In this document: positions 1-8,183 of the stretch, piece by piece
Numbering within the stretch: the stretch's first letter is position 1
How the letters are laid out: each line of letters begins with the position of its first letter
DNA from: Bacteroides fragilis
Lineage (GTDB): Bacteria; Bacteroidota; Bacteroidia; Bacteroidales; Bacteroidaceae
Reading direction: 5' to 3'
Length of the DNA stretch: 64,000 nucleotides
Assembly (NCBI GenBank): GCA_963630065.1
Contig: CAVGLH010000001.1
Coordinates: 2,282-66,281, forward strand
Program-made: the position numbers and the translations under genes
The notes under the pieces: generated by a model
Database searches by the model: none
Told to the model about the DNA's origin: nothing
What the model saw: the letters and a program-made list of their open reading frames with translations, nothing else

Positions 1-533
1 TTGATGCGCTCTTTCAGGGGCTTGTCGGATGCTGAATAAAGGATGCTGTAAACCACCTCGTCGAGCAAGGCCTTTTGGTAGACATACCGGTTTTTGACTA
101 TCTCCTGGAGCGACTTCTGCGTCTCGCTGAGGGAGTTTCTGTCACTGCGGAGTATCATCGCCTTGGGCGTGTTGCCGGGGTTGGTGGCGATGGTCTTTAG
201 CTCGAACGAAGAATACATCGTGCCGTCCTTGCCCTGCACGGAGTACTGATGGCTGTGCTGCAAGGTGCCGTCGGGCTGTCCACTCCGAGTGCCCACCGAG
301 TCTTTGCGCTGGGCGTGGCGCTCGGTCTCGTTGACATCCTTTTCAAGATATCGCAACGTCTCATTCAGCTCCAAGTTTCTTGAAGCCTGGTATAGGGCTC
401 TGTTGACCGACTCGTCAAACTGTTCCTTTTTCATCTCCACCATTTCCTGGATGTAACCCACCTGCAGGAAGAGCAGCGCAAGGAACGAAAAGCCCATGAT
501 AATCGCTATGATCCAAATCGTTTTCTTTTTCAT
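1..533 (-). CDS. rprX: Membrane sensor histidine kinase, RprX-like; 5' part only, runs off the window edge
   Basis: Not in the ORF track because it is truncated. Minus-strand ATG at 533 reads MKKKTIWIIAIIMGFSFLALLFLQVGYIQEMVEMKKEQFDESVNRAL (basic N-terminus plus TM helix). A position downstream of fusA2 matches the Bacteroides fusA2-rprX-rprY order. The kinase domain is not visible. Confidence 0.7.
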   Translation of the reverse strand, partial: MKKKTIWIIAIIMGFSFLALLFLQVGYIQEMVEMKKEQFDESVNRALYQASRNLELNETLRYLEKDVNETERHAQRKDSVGTRSGQPDGTLQHSHQYSVQGKDGTMYSSFELKTIATNPGNTPKAMILRSDRNSLSETQKSLQEIVKNRYVYQKALLDEVVYSILYSASDKPLKERI

Positions 534-662
534 GGGGGCAAAGATATGAATTTTCTTAATCAGTTAACACAAAATCGTTAATTATTTACGCCACATTTGC
601 GAATATTAACCGTTACAAAACATTTTACTTCCGTATATGCAACTATACGCCACCTCGAAAAC

Positions 663-697
663 AAAAAAGGGAAGTATGCATTCACATGCACGCTCCC
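663..697 (-). terminator. Intrinsic terminator after fusA2
   Basis: Minus-strand hairpin GGGAGCGTGCAT-GTGA-ATGCATACTTCCC followed by a U tract (A run on +). Confidence 0.6.
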
Positions 698-773
698 CTG
701 GAAACTAATCAACATAAAATTTATATTCTAAAGAGAGATGTCTTTTTATAAAAGGGGAAGTCCCCTTGCCTCC

Positions 774-2936
774 CTAATCCGCATCCTTGGCCAGTTCGGC
801 CTCGTGCTCGGCTATCAACTTGCCTTGGATATCAGACGGTACAAGCTCGTAGCTGGCAAACTTGGTGGTGAACGAAGCCCGGCCTCCCGTCAAAGAGCTG
901 AGGGAGATGGAGTAGTTGGAGAGTTCCTTCAGAGGAATCTTGGCACTCAACTTCTGATAGCCAGCTTCTGCGTCCATGCCCATGATGAGGGCGCGGCGAC
1001 CCTGAAGGTCGCTCATCACGTCGCCCATATAGTCGGCGGGCACATAAACCTCCAGGTCATAGATAGGCTCCAGAATCTTAGGGCCGGCCAGCTTGAACGC
1101 ATCGCTGAAGGCATGGCGGGCGGCGAGCATGAAAGAAAGCTCGTTGCTGTCCACCGGATGCATCTTGCCATCATACACGATGACACGAACGTCGCGGGCA
1201 TAACTGCCCGTCAAGGGGCCGTGCTCCATACAATCCATCACACCCTTCAGGATGGCGGGCATGAAGCGTGCGTCGATAGCACCACCCACCACGGAATTGA
1301 GGAACACCAGCTTTCCACCCCATTCCAAGTCTACCTCCTCGCGGCTCTTGATGTTCATCTTGAACTCCTGGCCGTTGAATGTAAACGACGTCGGGTCGGG
1401 CATTCCCTCGGCGTATGGTTCCACAATGAGGTGCACCTCGCCAAACTGTCCGGCGCCACCGCTCTGCTTCTTGTGGCGGTAGTCGGCGCGTGCCTTCTTG
1501 GTGATAGTCTCGCGATAAGGGATGCGAGGCTCCTCAAAGGAAACGTTGAGCTTCTCGTTGTTCTCCAGTCTCCACTTCAAGGTACGCAAGTGGAACTCTC
1601 CCTGGCCTCTCACGATGACCTGGCGCAGCTCCTTGCTCTGCTCCACCACCCATGTAGGGTCTTCCTGGCGCATCTTGAGGAGGGCCGCCATCAGCTTCTC
1701 GGTGTCCTGTGCATTGGCGGCCTTGATGGCACGGGAATATTTCGGGTTAGGATACTTGATGAAGTCGAAGCGCCACTCGGCTCCCTTGCCGTTGAGCGTG
1801 TTGCCCGTCTTCACATCTTTCAGTTTCACGGTACATCCGATGTCGCCGGCGTTCAGTTGGTCCACAGCCACGCGGTTGGCTCCTGCGCAAGCATAAATCT
1901 GTCCGATGCGCTCCTTCGAGCCACGGTCGGCATTGGTGAGGTCGTCGCCGCTCTTCACCGATCCGCTCATCACCTTGAAGTAGCTCACCTCTCCGATGTG
2001 CGGTTCCACACCCGTCTTGAAGAAGTAGAGACTCTCCGGGCCGTTGGCATCAGGATTGATTTCCTCGCCACGGGTATTGTGGAGTTTGGGCATCTCGCTC
2101 ACGAAAGGCACCACGTTGCCAAGAAACTCCATCAGTCGGTGCACGCCCATCGACTTGCCGGCGCATACACAGAACACGGGGAAGATACTGCGGGTAACCA
2201 GTCCCTTACGGATTCCCTCGCGCATCTCGTCCTCTGTCAAGCTCTCGCTCTCGAAGAATTTCTCCATGAGTCCCTCGTCGTTCTCGGCGGCAGCCTCCAC
2301 AAGAGCCTTGTGCAGCTCCATGGCCTTGTCCATCTCCTCCTCGGGAATGTCCTCGATGATAGGAGCCCCCCCTTCTGGCTTCCAGGAATATTTTTTCATC
2401 AATAATACGTCTATGAGAGCATTGAAGCCAGAACCTGTCTCTATGGGGTATTGTATCTGGACGCACTTGGGGCCATAGATGTCCTTCATCGTAGCCACGA
2501 TGTTGTCGAAGTCGCACTTGTCGGAGTCGAGCTGGTTGATGAGGAAAATAACGGGCTTGCCCAACTTCTCGGTGTAGCGGAAGTTGTTCTGCGTGCCCAC
2601 CTCCGGGCCATACTGTCCGTTGATGAGAATCACTGCCTGGTCGGTGACGTTGAGCGAAGTGATGGCTCCACCCACGAAGTCGTCGCTGCCGGGGCAGTCG
2701 ATGATGTTAAGCTTCTTGTTGTTCCACTCCACATGGAAGACGGTGGGGAACACCGAGTAGCCATATTCCAATTCCACTGGGAAGTAGTCGCTCACCGTAT
2801 TTTTCGCTTCTACAGAGCCTCTACGCTTGATAACGCCTGCTTCGAACAACATACTTTCGGCAAGTGTAGTCTTGCCGCTACCCGCACTGCCCATCAAGGC
2901 AATGTTTTTGATTTCATTTGTCTGATATACTCTCAT
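774..2936 (-). CDS. fusA2: Elongation factor G paralog EF-G2
   Basis: EF-G architecture (GSAGSGKT, GQGEFHL, PYRETI, KKQSGGAGQFG, HPVDSNE, ILEPI) with degenerate GTPase motifs (DCPGSDDF, NQLD) and a domain IV insert. Start taken at MRVYQ (2936); 2945 is an alternative. Confidence 0.93.
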   Translation of the reverse strand: MRVYQTNEIKNIALMGSAGSGKTTLAESMLFEAGVIKRRGSVEAKNTVSDYFPVELEYGYSVFPTVFHVEWNNKKLNIIDCPGSDDFVGGAITSLNVTDQAVILINGQYGPEVGTQNNFRYTEKLGKPVIFLINQLDSDKCDFDNIVATMKDIYGPKCVQIQYPIETGSGFNALIDVLLMKKYSWKPEGGAPIIEDIPEEEMDKAMELHKALVEAAAENDEGLMEKFFESESLTEDEMREGIRKGLVTRSIFPVFCVCAGKSMGVHRLMEFLGNVVPFVSEMPKLHNTRGEEINPDANGPESLYFFKTGVEPHIGEVSYFKVMSGSVKSGDDLTNADRGSKERIGQIYACAGANRVAVDQLNAGDIGCTVKLKDVKTGNTLNGKGAEWRFDFIKYPNPKYSRAIKAANAQDTEKLMAALLKMRQEDPTWVVEQSKELRQVIVRGQGEFHLRTLKWRLENNEKLNVSFEEPRIPYRETITKKARADYRHKKQSGGAGQFGEVHLIVEPYAEGMPDPTSFTFNGQEFKMNIKSREEVDLEWGGKLVFLNSVVGGAIDARFMPAILKGVMDCMEHGPLTGSYARDVRVIVYDGKMHPVDSNELSFMLAARHAFSDAFKLAGPKILEPIYDLEVYVPADYMGDVMSDLQGRRALIMGMDAEAGYQKLSAKIPLKELSNYSISLSSLTGGRASFTTKFASYELVPSDIQGKLIAEHEAELAKDAD

Positions 2937-3214
2937 GACGCTCATAGATTTTAAAAGGTTCTACATAAATTGTCAGTTGTTTGTCTACAGCCCAACCGTC
3001 AGGTTTGCTGTTTCGACCTTAAAATTACGCATTTTTCTGCACATATCCAAACATTTTCCCAAAAAACTTGCTTTAAATTAAAGGATATTAATACTTTTAC
3101 ACCCCACCAAGTCCTTTTTTCCGCCATACACCTTATTATATATATAAAAGATATTTCGCCTTTCAAGATGTAATTAGCCACTTTTTTATTACCTTTGCAA
3201 AAAAATATTGAACC

Positions 3215-4372
3215 ATGGCAGGACTTTACATACATATCCCCTTTTGCGAGAGCCGCTGCATCTACTGCGGATTCTACAGCACCACATCCCTCAAACTGAG
3301 GGACGCTTACATCGACTCACTCTGCAAAGAGATGACGATGCGCCCCATCACCAGCGAAATAGAGACCATCTATCTCGGAGGAGGAACGCCCAGCCAACTT
3401 ACAGACGCCCAACTCATCCGACTGTTCGGCCACATCAAGGAATACTTATCAAATGAAAAACGAAGATGGAAGAGTGAAGAATCCAATAGCATCTTCGACG
3501 GAATGGAGATTACAATGGAATGCAACCCCGACGATGTGACGGAAAGTTTCTGTAAAACACTGGGGCGGCTGCCCGTCAACCGCATCAGCATGGGCGTACA
3601 GACCTTCAGCGACGCCCGCCTTCGCTTCCTCCACCGCCGCCACAACGCCAAGCAAGCATGGAAAGCTGTAGACCAGCTGAGGGCGGCAGGAATCCGAAAC
3701 ATCAGCATCGACCTTATGTTTGGTTTCCCAGGAGAAAGCCTTTCCGATTGGCAGGACGACCTTCGGAAAGCCACCGAAATGGGCGTGGAACATATATCGG
3801 CCTACAGCCTGATGTATGAGGAAGGCACCCCGCTCTTCCGACTCCTTGAACAAGGAAAGGTAAAGGAAACCGACGAGGAAACCAGCCGCAAAATGTACGA
3901 GATGCTGACGGCCACACTGACCAAGGCCGGCTACGAACACTACGAGATAAGCAACTTCGCACGCCCCGGCCGCAGGTCGAGCCACAACAGCAGCTACTGG
4001 CACGAGGTGCCCTACATCGGCATCGGCGCGGCAGCCCACTCCTACGACCTCGCAACGCGCAGCTGGAACACAGCCAACATCAACGAATACATCGAGACCA
4101 TCAGTCAGGGCAAGCGCCCCATGGAGCAGGAAACTCTCTCCCCCACCACCCGCTACAACGACCTCATCACCACCGCCCTGCGCACCAGCGATGGTATCGA
4201 GATAGACCACGTGGCAAGGGAGCTGGGCGAGGATTTCGCACGAAGGCTGACCGCCGAGGCGCAGCCGCATATTGCCCGCGGACTGATGAAGATAAAAGAC
4301 GGCCGCCTGTCGCTCACCCACGAGGGGCTCTTCATCTCCGACGCCGTGATGAGCGACTTCATGATTGTATGA
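3215..4372 (+). CDS. hemW: Radical SAM heme chaperone HemW (HemN-like)
   Basis: LYIHIPFCESRCIYC (CxxxCxxC), YLGGGTPS, YEISNF, HNxxYW, IGIGAAAHS; TAccTTTG element just upstream. Confidence 0.92.
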   Translation: MAGLYIHIPFCESRCIYCGFYSTTSLKLRDAYIDSLCKEMTMRPITSEIETIYLGGGTPSQLTDAQLIRLFGHIKEYLSNEKRRWKSEESNSIFDGMEITMECNPDDVTESFCKTLGRLPVNRISMGVQTFSDARLRFLHRRHNAKQAWKAVDQLRAAGIRNISIDLMFGFPGESLSDWQDDLRKATEMGVEHISAYSLMYEEGTPLFRLLEQGKVKETDEETSRKMYEMLTATLTKAGYEHYEISNFARPGRRSSHNSSYWHEVPYIGIGAAAHSYDLATRSWNTANINEYIETISQGKRPMEQETLSPTTRYNDLITTALRTSDGIEIDHVARELGEDFARRLTAEAQPHIARGLMKIKDGRLSLTHEGLFISDAVMSDFMIV

Positions 4373-4391
4373 AAACAACAAAGCCTTGGGA

Positions 4392-4754
4392 TTAATCCCA
4401 AGGCTCCATTCCATCCAGACCCTTCTCCAGGAATCTGTCATGGTAATACTTTTTGATTTGCAGCAAAATCTGCGTCGTCGACTTCCTGTGCTGCAAAACT
4501 GGTTTTACCATCTGCAACAATACAAAGACCAACACTACAACAAAAACGCTTATTCCCCAGGAGAGAATTTCACTCCTCAGTTTCAAGAAAGACTGCATCA
4601 GGATTCCCAAAGCCACCGGAACCACAAAACATACCCAGTCGAGCGGACTGTCGAGCCTAGTAGATTCCATGTACTCTTCACGAAGTTTTCTCGGAGCTTT
4701 CAAGATCAAACGCTTTTGATGCTTTTTCCAATACTCTTCAAATTCTTTTTCCAT
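4392..4754 (-). CDS. Small hypothetical membrane protein (2 TM)
   Basis: 120-aa ORF with two hydrophobic helices, an AT-rich initiation region and an upstream minus-strand TAccTTTG at about 4868-4875; convergent with hemW. Confidence 0.65.
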   Translation of the reverse strand: MEKEFEEYWKKHQKRLILKAPRKLREEYMESTRLDSPLDWVCFVVPVALGILMQSFLKLRSEILSWGISVFVVVLVFVLLQMVKPVLQHRKSTTQILLQIKKYYHDRFLEKGLDGMEPWD

Positions 4755-5112
4755 TCAATCTAAATTTATAACAAAACTACATCTATCTTTTACTTGATTA
4801 TATTTCTTCATTGTGGTATTCACGCAAATATTTCGGCACTCTGCATCTTTTTTATAAAAAATCACCGCAAAGGTACAACGAAACTTTCACATTGCCAAAT
4901 TTACCCCCCCCATAAATATAACTTTTAACATAATTAAGTACACAAATAAAATGAGAATTATTTTGCAGTTTTGGCTATTTAGTGTAACTTTGCACCCCGA
5001 AAAGGACATTTCCGAACAAAAATGGAAATGGAAGAAACAAACAGTCATCAATCGATGACGAATGGACACAAAAATAGCAACAATAGACACAAAAAAGACA
5101 ATAACAGAAAAA

Positions 5113-6048
5113 ATGCAGAATCAGTTTTCTCGTACCCAGCTCTTGATGGGCAAGCCCGCCATCAACACTTTGATGGGAAGTCGCGTGGCCGTGTTTGGTG
5201 TAGGCGGCGTGGGCGGTTATGTAGTAGAAGCCCTGGTGCGCAGCGGACTCGGCGAGATAGACCTCATCGACGACGACCGCGTGTGCCTCACCAACGTGAA
5301 CCGCCAAGTGATAGCCACCCTCAGCTCCGTGGGCAAGCACAAGGTGGACGTTTGCGAGGAGCGCATCCGCGACATCAACCGCCGCTGCATCGTACACAAA
5401 TACCAGATGTTCTATCTGCCCGAGTTTGCCGACGCCATCGACATCTCCAAATTCGACTATGTGGTTGACTGCATCGACACGGTGAAGGCGAAACTCGACC
5501 TCATCAAGCGTTGCCACGACCTGAAGGTGCCTATCATCTCCTGTATGGGAGCCGCCAACAAAATGGATCCAACGGCCTTCAAGGTGGTGGACATCAACAA
5601 GACCCAGATGGACCCTCTGGCCAAAGTGGTTCGCAAGAAACTGCGCAAGATGGGCATCAGAAAGCTAAAGGTGGTATACAGCGAAGAGGAACCGCTGCGC
5701 CCCATCGACGATCCGGACATCAGCTGCCGCTTCCACTGCATCTGCCCCAACAAGGATATGCGCAAGTGCACCGACCGCCGCGACATCCCTGCCAGCAACG
5801 CCTTCGTGCCAGCCGCCGCCGGACTGATTTGCGGCGGAGAAGTAATCAAAGACCTCATCCGCATCGCCGGCACATGGCGACTCACCCCAGAGATGATTGC
5901 CGAGAATCCCGAGGCAAAGGCTGCCGCAGAAAAAGCCGCAGAGAAAGCAGCCGCCCACCAGGAGAAATACAAGGCCATCGCCCTAGCCAAGAAAAACGGA
6001 ACCTGGGAGGACGACACCGTACGGATGAAACTTCCTGAGGGATTTTAG
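5113..6048 (+). CDS. tcdA: ThiF/E1-like tRNA threonylcarbamoyladenosine dehydratase
   Basis: FSRTQLL, VFGVGGVG, TNVNRQ, VVDCID, MGAANKMDP, DPLAKVVRKKL, VVYSEE. Start taken at MQNQF (5113); the track start 5062 is an alternative. Confidence 0.88.
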   Translation: MQNQFSRTQLLMGKPAINTLMGSRVAVFGVGGVGGYVVEALVRSGLGEIDLIDDDRVCLTNVNRQVIATLSSVGKHKVDVCEERIRDINRRCIVHKYQMFYLPEFADAIDISKFDYVVDCIDTVKAKLDLIKRCHDLKVPIISCMGAANKMDPTAFKVVDINKTQMDPLAKVVRKKLRKMGIRKLKVVYSEEEPLRPIDDPDISCRFHCICPNKDMRKCTDRRDIPASNAFVPAAAGLICGGEVIKDLIRIAGTWRLTPEMIAENPEAKAAAEKAAEKAAAHQEKYKAIALAKKNGTWEDDTVRMKLPEGF

Positions 6049-6109
6049 ATTAAAAAGATAAAGCCAAAATCCGCCAGAGATGAACATCAGTCTATCATCG
6101 TTGCATACG

Positions 6110-6148
6110 GTTTCAAGCGGAGAAACAGGGAGTTTCTCCGCTTGAAAC
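6110..6148. repeat. Perfect 17-bp inverted repeat (GTTTC-N7-GAAAC units)
   Basis: GTTTCAAGCGGAGAAAC-aggga-GTTTCTCCGCTTGAAAC. Confidence 0.85.
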
Positions 6149-6286
6149 TCCTGGTATCTCCCGATGCACTGTTCTGTGCGTCGGCATGCGTTGCGAGATA
6201 CCTCACGTTCCATTCCTCAATACATCAAATGCGAGACCCTGTGATGATGGATAAAAGCAGAATTCTAATCAAAAATTGCAAAAAAA

Positions 6287-6410
6287 GGTGACAGATAGGG
6301 CAAAAAGGTGACAGATAGGTGGCAGATAATGTTCACTATTCTTCATCTGCCACCTATTTAACATATTGAAAATAAGCATATTACGCCCTAATTGGTGACA
6401 GATGGCAGAT
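6287..6410. repeat. Cluster of GGTG(A/G)CAGAT repeats, direct and inverted
   Basis: Copies at 6287, 6307, 6318 and 6394, a partial copy at 6403, and an inverted copy at 6345-6354. Confidence 0.85.
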
Positions 6411-6503
6411 TTTTCAAGAAAAAACTCTCCTACGCATAACACTCTTCAACCATTTACCTTTCCACTTTGCACCGGTGACCATTGGTTCAAGGCGTGCTGG
6501 ATA

Positions 6504-6572
6504 ACACCCTAGCAGAAAGGGCAAAAGAATAATTCCCCTATATGTAAGGATTCTTTTGCCCCTTCAGGGTGT
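6504..6572. repeat. REP-like inverted repeat at the 3' end of citrate synthase
   Basis: ACACCCT...GAAAGGGCAAAAGAAT / ATTCTTTTGCCCCTTC-AGGGTGT. Confidence 0.7.
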
Positions 6573-6577
6573 AATAA

Positions 6578-7924
6578 TTATCGCTCGTCTATCGGCATAT
6601 AATCCAGCTCGCCGAGGATGTTCTTGTAGGCCGGACGGATGATGCGGCGGCCTTCGAAGTTGAGCTCCTCGATGCGGTGGGCTGTCCAGCCCACGATGCG
6701 GGCCATGGCGAAAATCGGGGTGTAGATCTCCTGCGGCAAACCTATCATCTCGTAGATGAAACCGCTGTAGAAGTCGAGGTTGGCACAGGCCGGCTTGCTG
6801 CCGCCACGGTGTTCCATCAGCATCTTGATGCCCTCCTGCTCTATCAGCTTCAGGAATTCGTACTCCTCTTCCCTACCCTTTTCCTTGGCCAGTTCGCCGG
6901 CCAACTTCTTCAGCTCCACGGCTCGCGGGTCGCTCAGGGTGTAGACAGCATGACCGATGCCGTAGATGAGCCCCGTCTTGTCGTAGGCCTCCTTGTTGAG
7001 CATGCGCTTCAGATAGACATCCAGCTCGTTGACGTTTTTCCAATCCTGTATGGCCTCCTTCAAGTGGTGGAACATGTTGATTACCTTGATGTTGGCACCG
7101 CCGTGCAACGGACCCTTCAGGCTGCCGATGCCTGCGGCGATGGAACTGTAGGTGTCGGTGCGCGACGACGAGGTGACGCGCACGGTGAAGGTGGAGTTGT
7201 TACCGCCGCCATGCTCTGCCTGGATGATGAGCAGCAGGTCGAGCATGCGGGCATCCAGCTCGGAATAGTTTTCGTGCTTCATCATATAGAGGAAGTTTTC
7301 GGCGATTCCGAGGTTCTCGCGCGGATGGCGAATATGGAGGCTCCTGCCCTGCACGGAGTGGCGGTAGATGTTGTACGCATAGGCGATGATGGTGGGAAAC
7401 TTGGCTATCAGCTCGATGCCCTGGCGCATCAGGTTGTCGCGGCTGATGTCGTCGGGGTTGGGGTCGAAGGTGTACATCTCCAGCACGCAGCGGGCCAGGA
7501 TGTTCATGATGTTGGAGCCTTCCAGCTCGATGATGTGCGTGATGGTGCGGTGGTCGAGCGGCATGTTGTCTACGAGCAGCTCGCGGAAGGCCTGCAGCTC
7601 TTCCTTGTCGGGCAACTGGCCGGAAAGCAGCAGGAATGCCACCTCCTCGAATCCGAATCGCTTCTCCTTGAGGAGCGGCGACACGAGGTCGTCGAGCTCG
7701 TAGCCGCGGTAGTAGAGCTTGCCGTCGGTCGGGGTCAGCTTGCCGTCGGCATCGCGCTTGTAGCCCACTACGTTACCTATGTTGGTAAGTCCGACCAGCA
7801 CGCCGGAGCCATCCTCGTTGCGCAGTCCGCGCTTCACATTGAACTTCTTGAATGCCTCCTTGTCTATCTTGCATGAGTTCTTTACCTCATCGCTCAGCTT
7901 GTATATCAAATATTCCTTGTTCAT
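6578..7924 (-). CDS. gltA: Citrate synthase (citrate/2-methylcitrate synthase family)
   Basis: GKLYYRGY, AEHGGGNNST, LKGPLHGGAN, GIGHAVY, DPRA, NLDFYSG, FAMARIVGWTAH; ATG at 7924. Confidence 0.93.
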   Translation of the reverse strand: MNKEYLIYKLSDEVKNSCKIDKEAFKKFNVKRGLRNEDGSGVLVGLTNIGNVVGYKRDADGKLTPTDGKLYYRGYELDDLVSPLLKEKRFGFEEVAFLLLSGQLPDKEELQAFRELLVDNMPLDHRTITHIIELEGSNIMNILARCVLEMYTFDPNPDDISRDNLMRQGIELIAKFPTIIAYAYNIYRHSVQGRSLHIRHPRENLGIAENFLYMMKHENYSELDARMLDLLLIIQAEHGGGNNSTFTVRVTSSSRTDTYSSIAAGIGSLKGPLHGGANIKVINMFHHLKEAIQDWKNVNELDVYLKRMLNKEAYDKTGLIYGIGHAVYTLSDPRAVELKKLAGELAKEKGREEEYEFLKLIEQEGIKMLMEHRGGSKPACANLDFYSGFIYEMIGLPQEIYTPIFAMARIVGWTAHRIEELNFEGRRIIRPAYKNILGELDYMPIDER

Positions 7925-8008
7925 TTCTTTCAATGTTAAGTGTTTAATGTTAAGTGACGATTAAAAAAAACTTGGTACAATTTGTTGATTTTTTGCAAAC
8001 TCCCGCTT

Positions 8009-8142
8009 GCCCCGAGTGTGGTAGAGCGAGGGGGCTGTACAATTCTCGCCCCGAGTGGTACAGCGAGGGCGCTGTACCTCCTACAGTTACCCATGCTGCT
8101 GGAGGAAGGCTGTTATAGGAGGTACGGCGCCCTCGCCGTACC
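8009..8142. repeat. GTAG-type REP doublet plus a degenerate third copy
   Basis: Minus-strand GTAGGAGGTACAGCGCCCTCGCTGTACC (8057-8084) and plus-strand ATAGGAGGTACGGCGCCCTCGCCGTACC (8115-8142); partial direct copy at 8009-8040. Confidence 0.8.
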
Positions 8143-8183
8143 AAGCAAAAGGCGAAGCGCCCTCCAGGCGAAAATGCACCAAC

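Noticed and set aside
738..2405. Long antisense ORFs (738-2405, 6677-7876, 21252-22655, 30325-31326, 51681-52628 and many others)
   Set aside because: They mirror well-supported genes on the opposite strand, have no recognisable motifs, and are expected shadows of the strong codon bias.
774..2936. Tetracycline ribosomal-protection protein (TetQ-like) or canonical fusA
   Set aside because: The motifs and the domain IV insert match EF-G2; there is no rpsL-rpsG context and no mobile-element context.
5113..6048. ThiF/E1 enzyme of a ubiquitin-like or defence system
   Set aside because: It carries TcdA-specific motifs, and no E2, JAB or Ubl genes are nearby.
5983..6213. 76-aa minus-strand ORF after tcdA
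   Set aside because: It runs through a palindromic repeat, overlaps tcdA and has no recognisable protein features.
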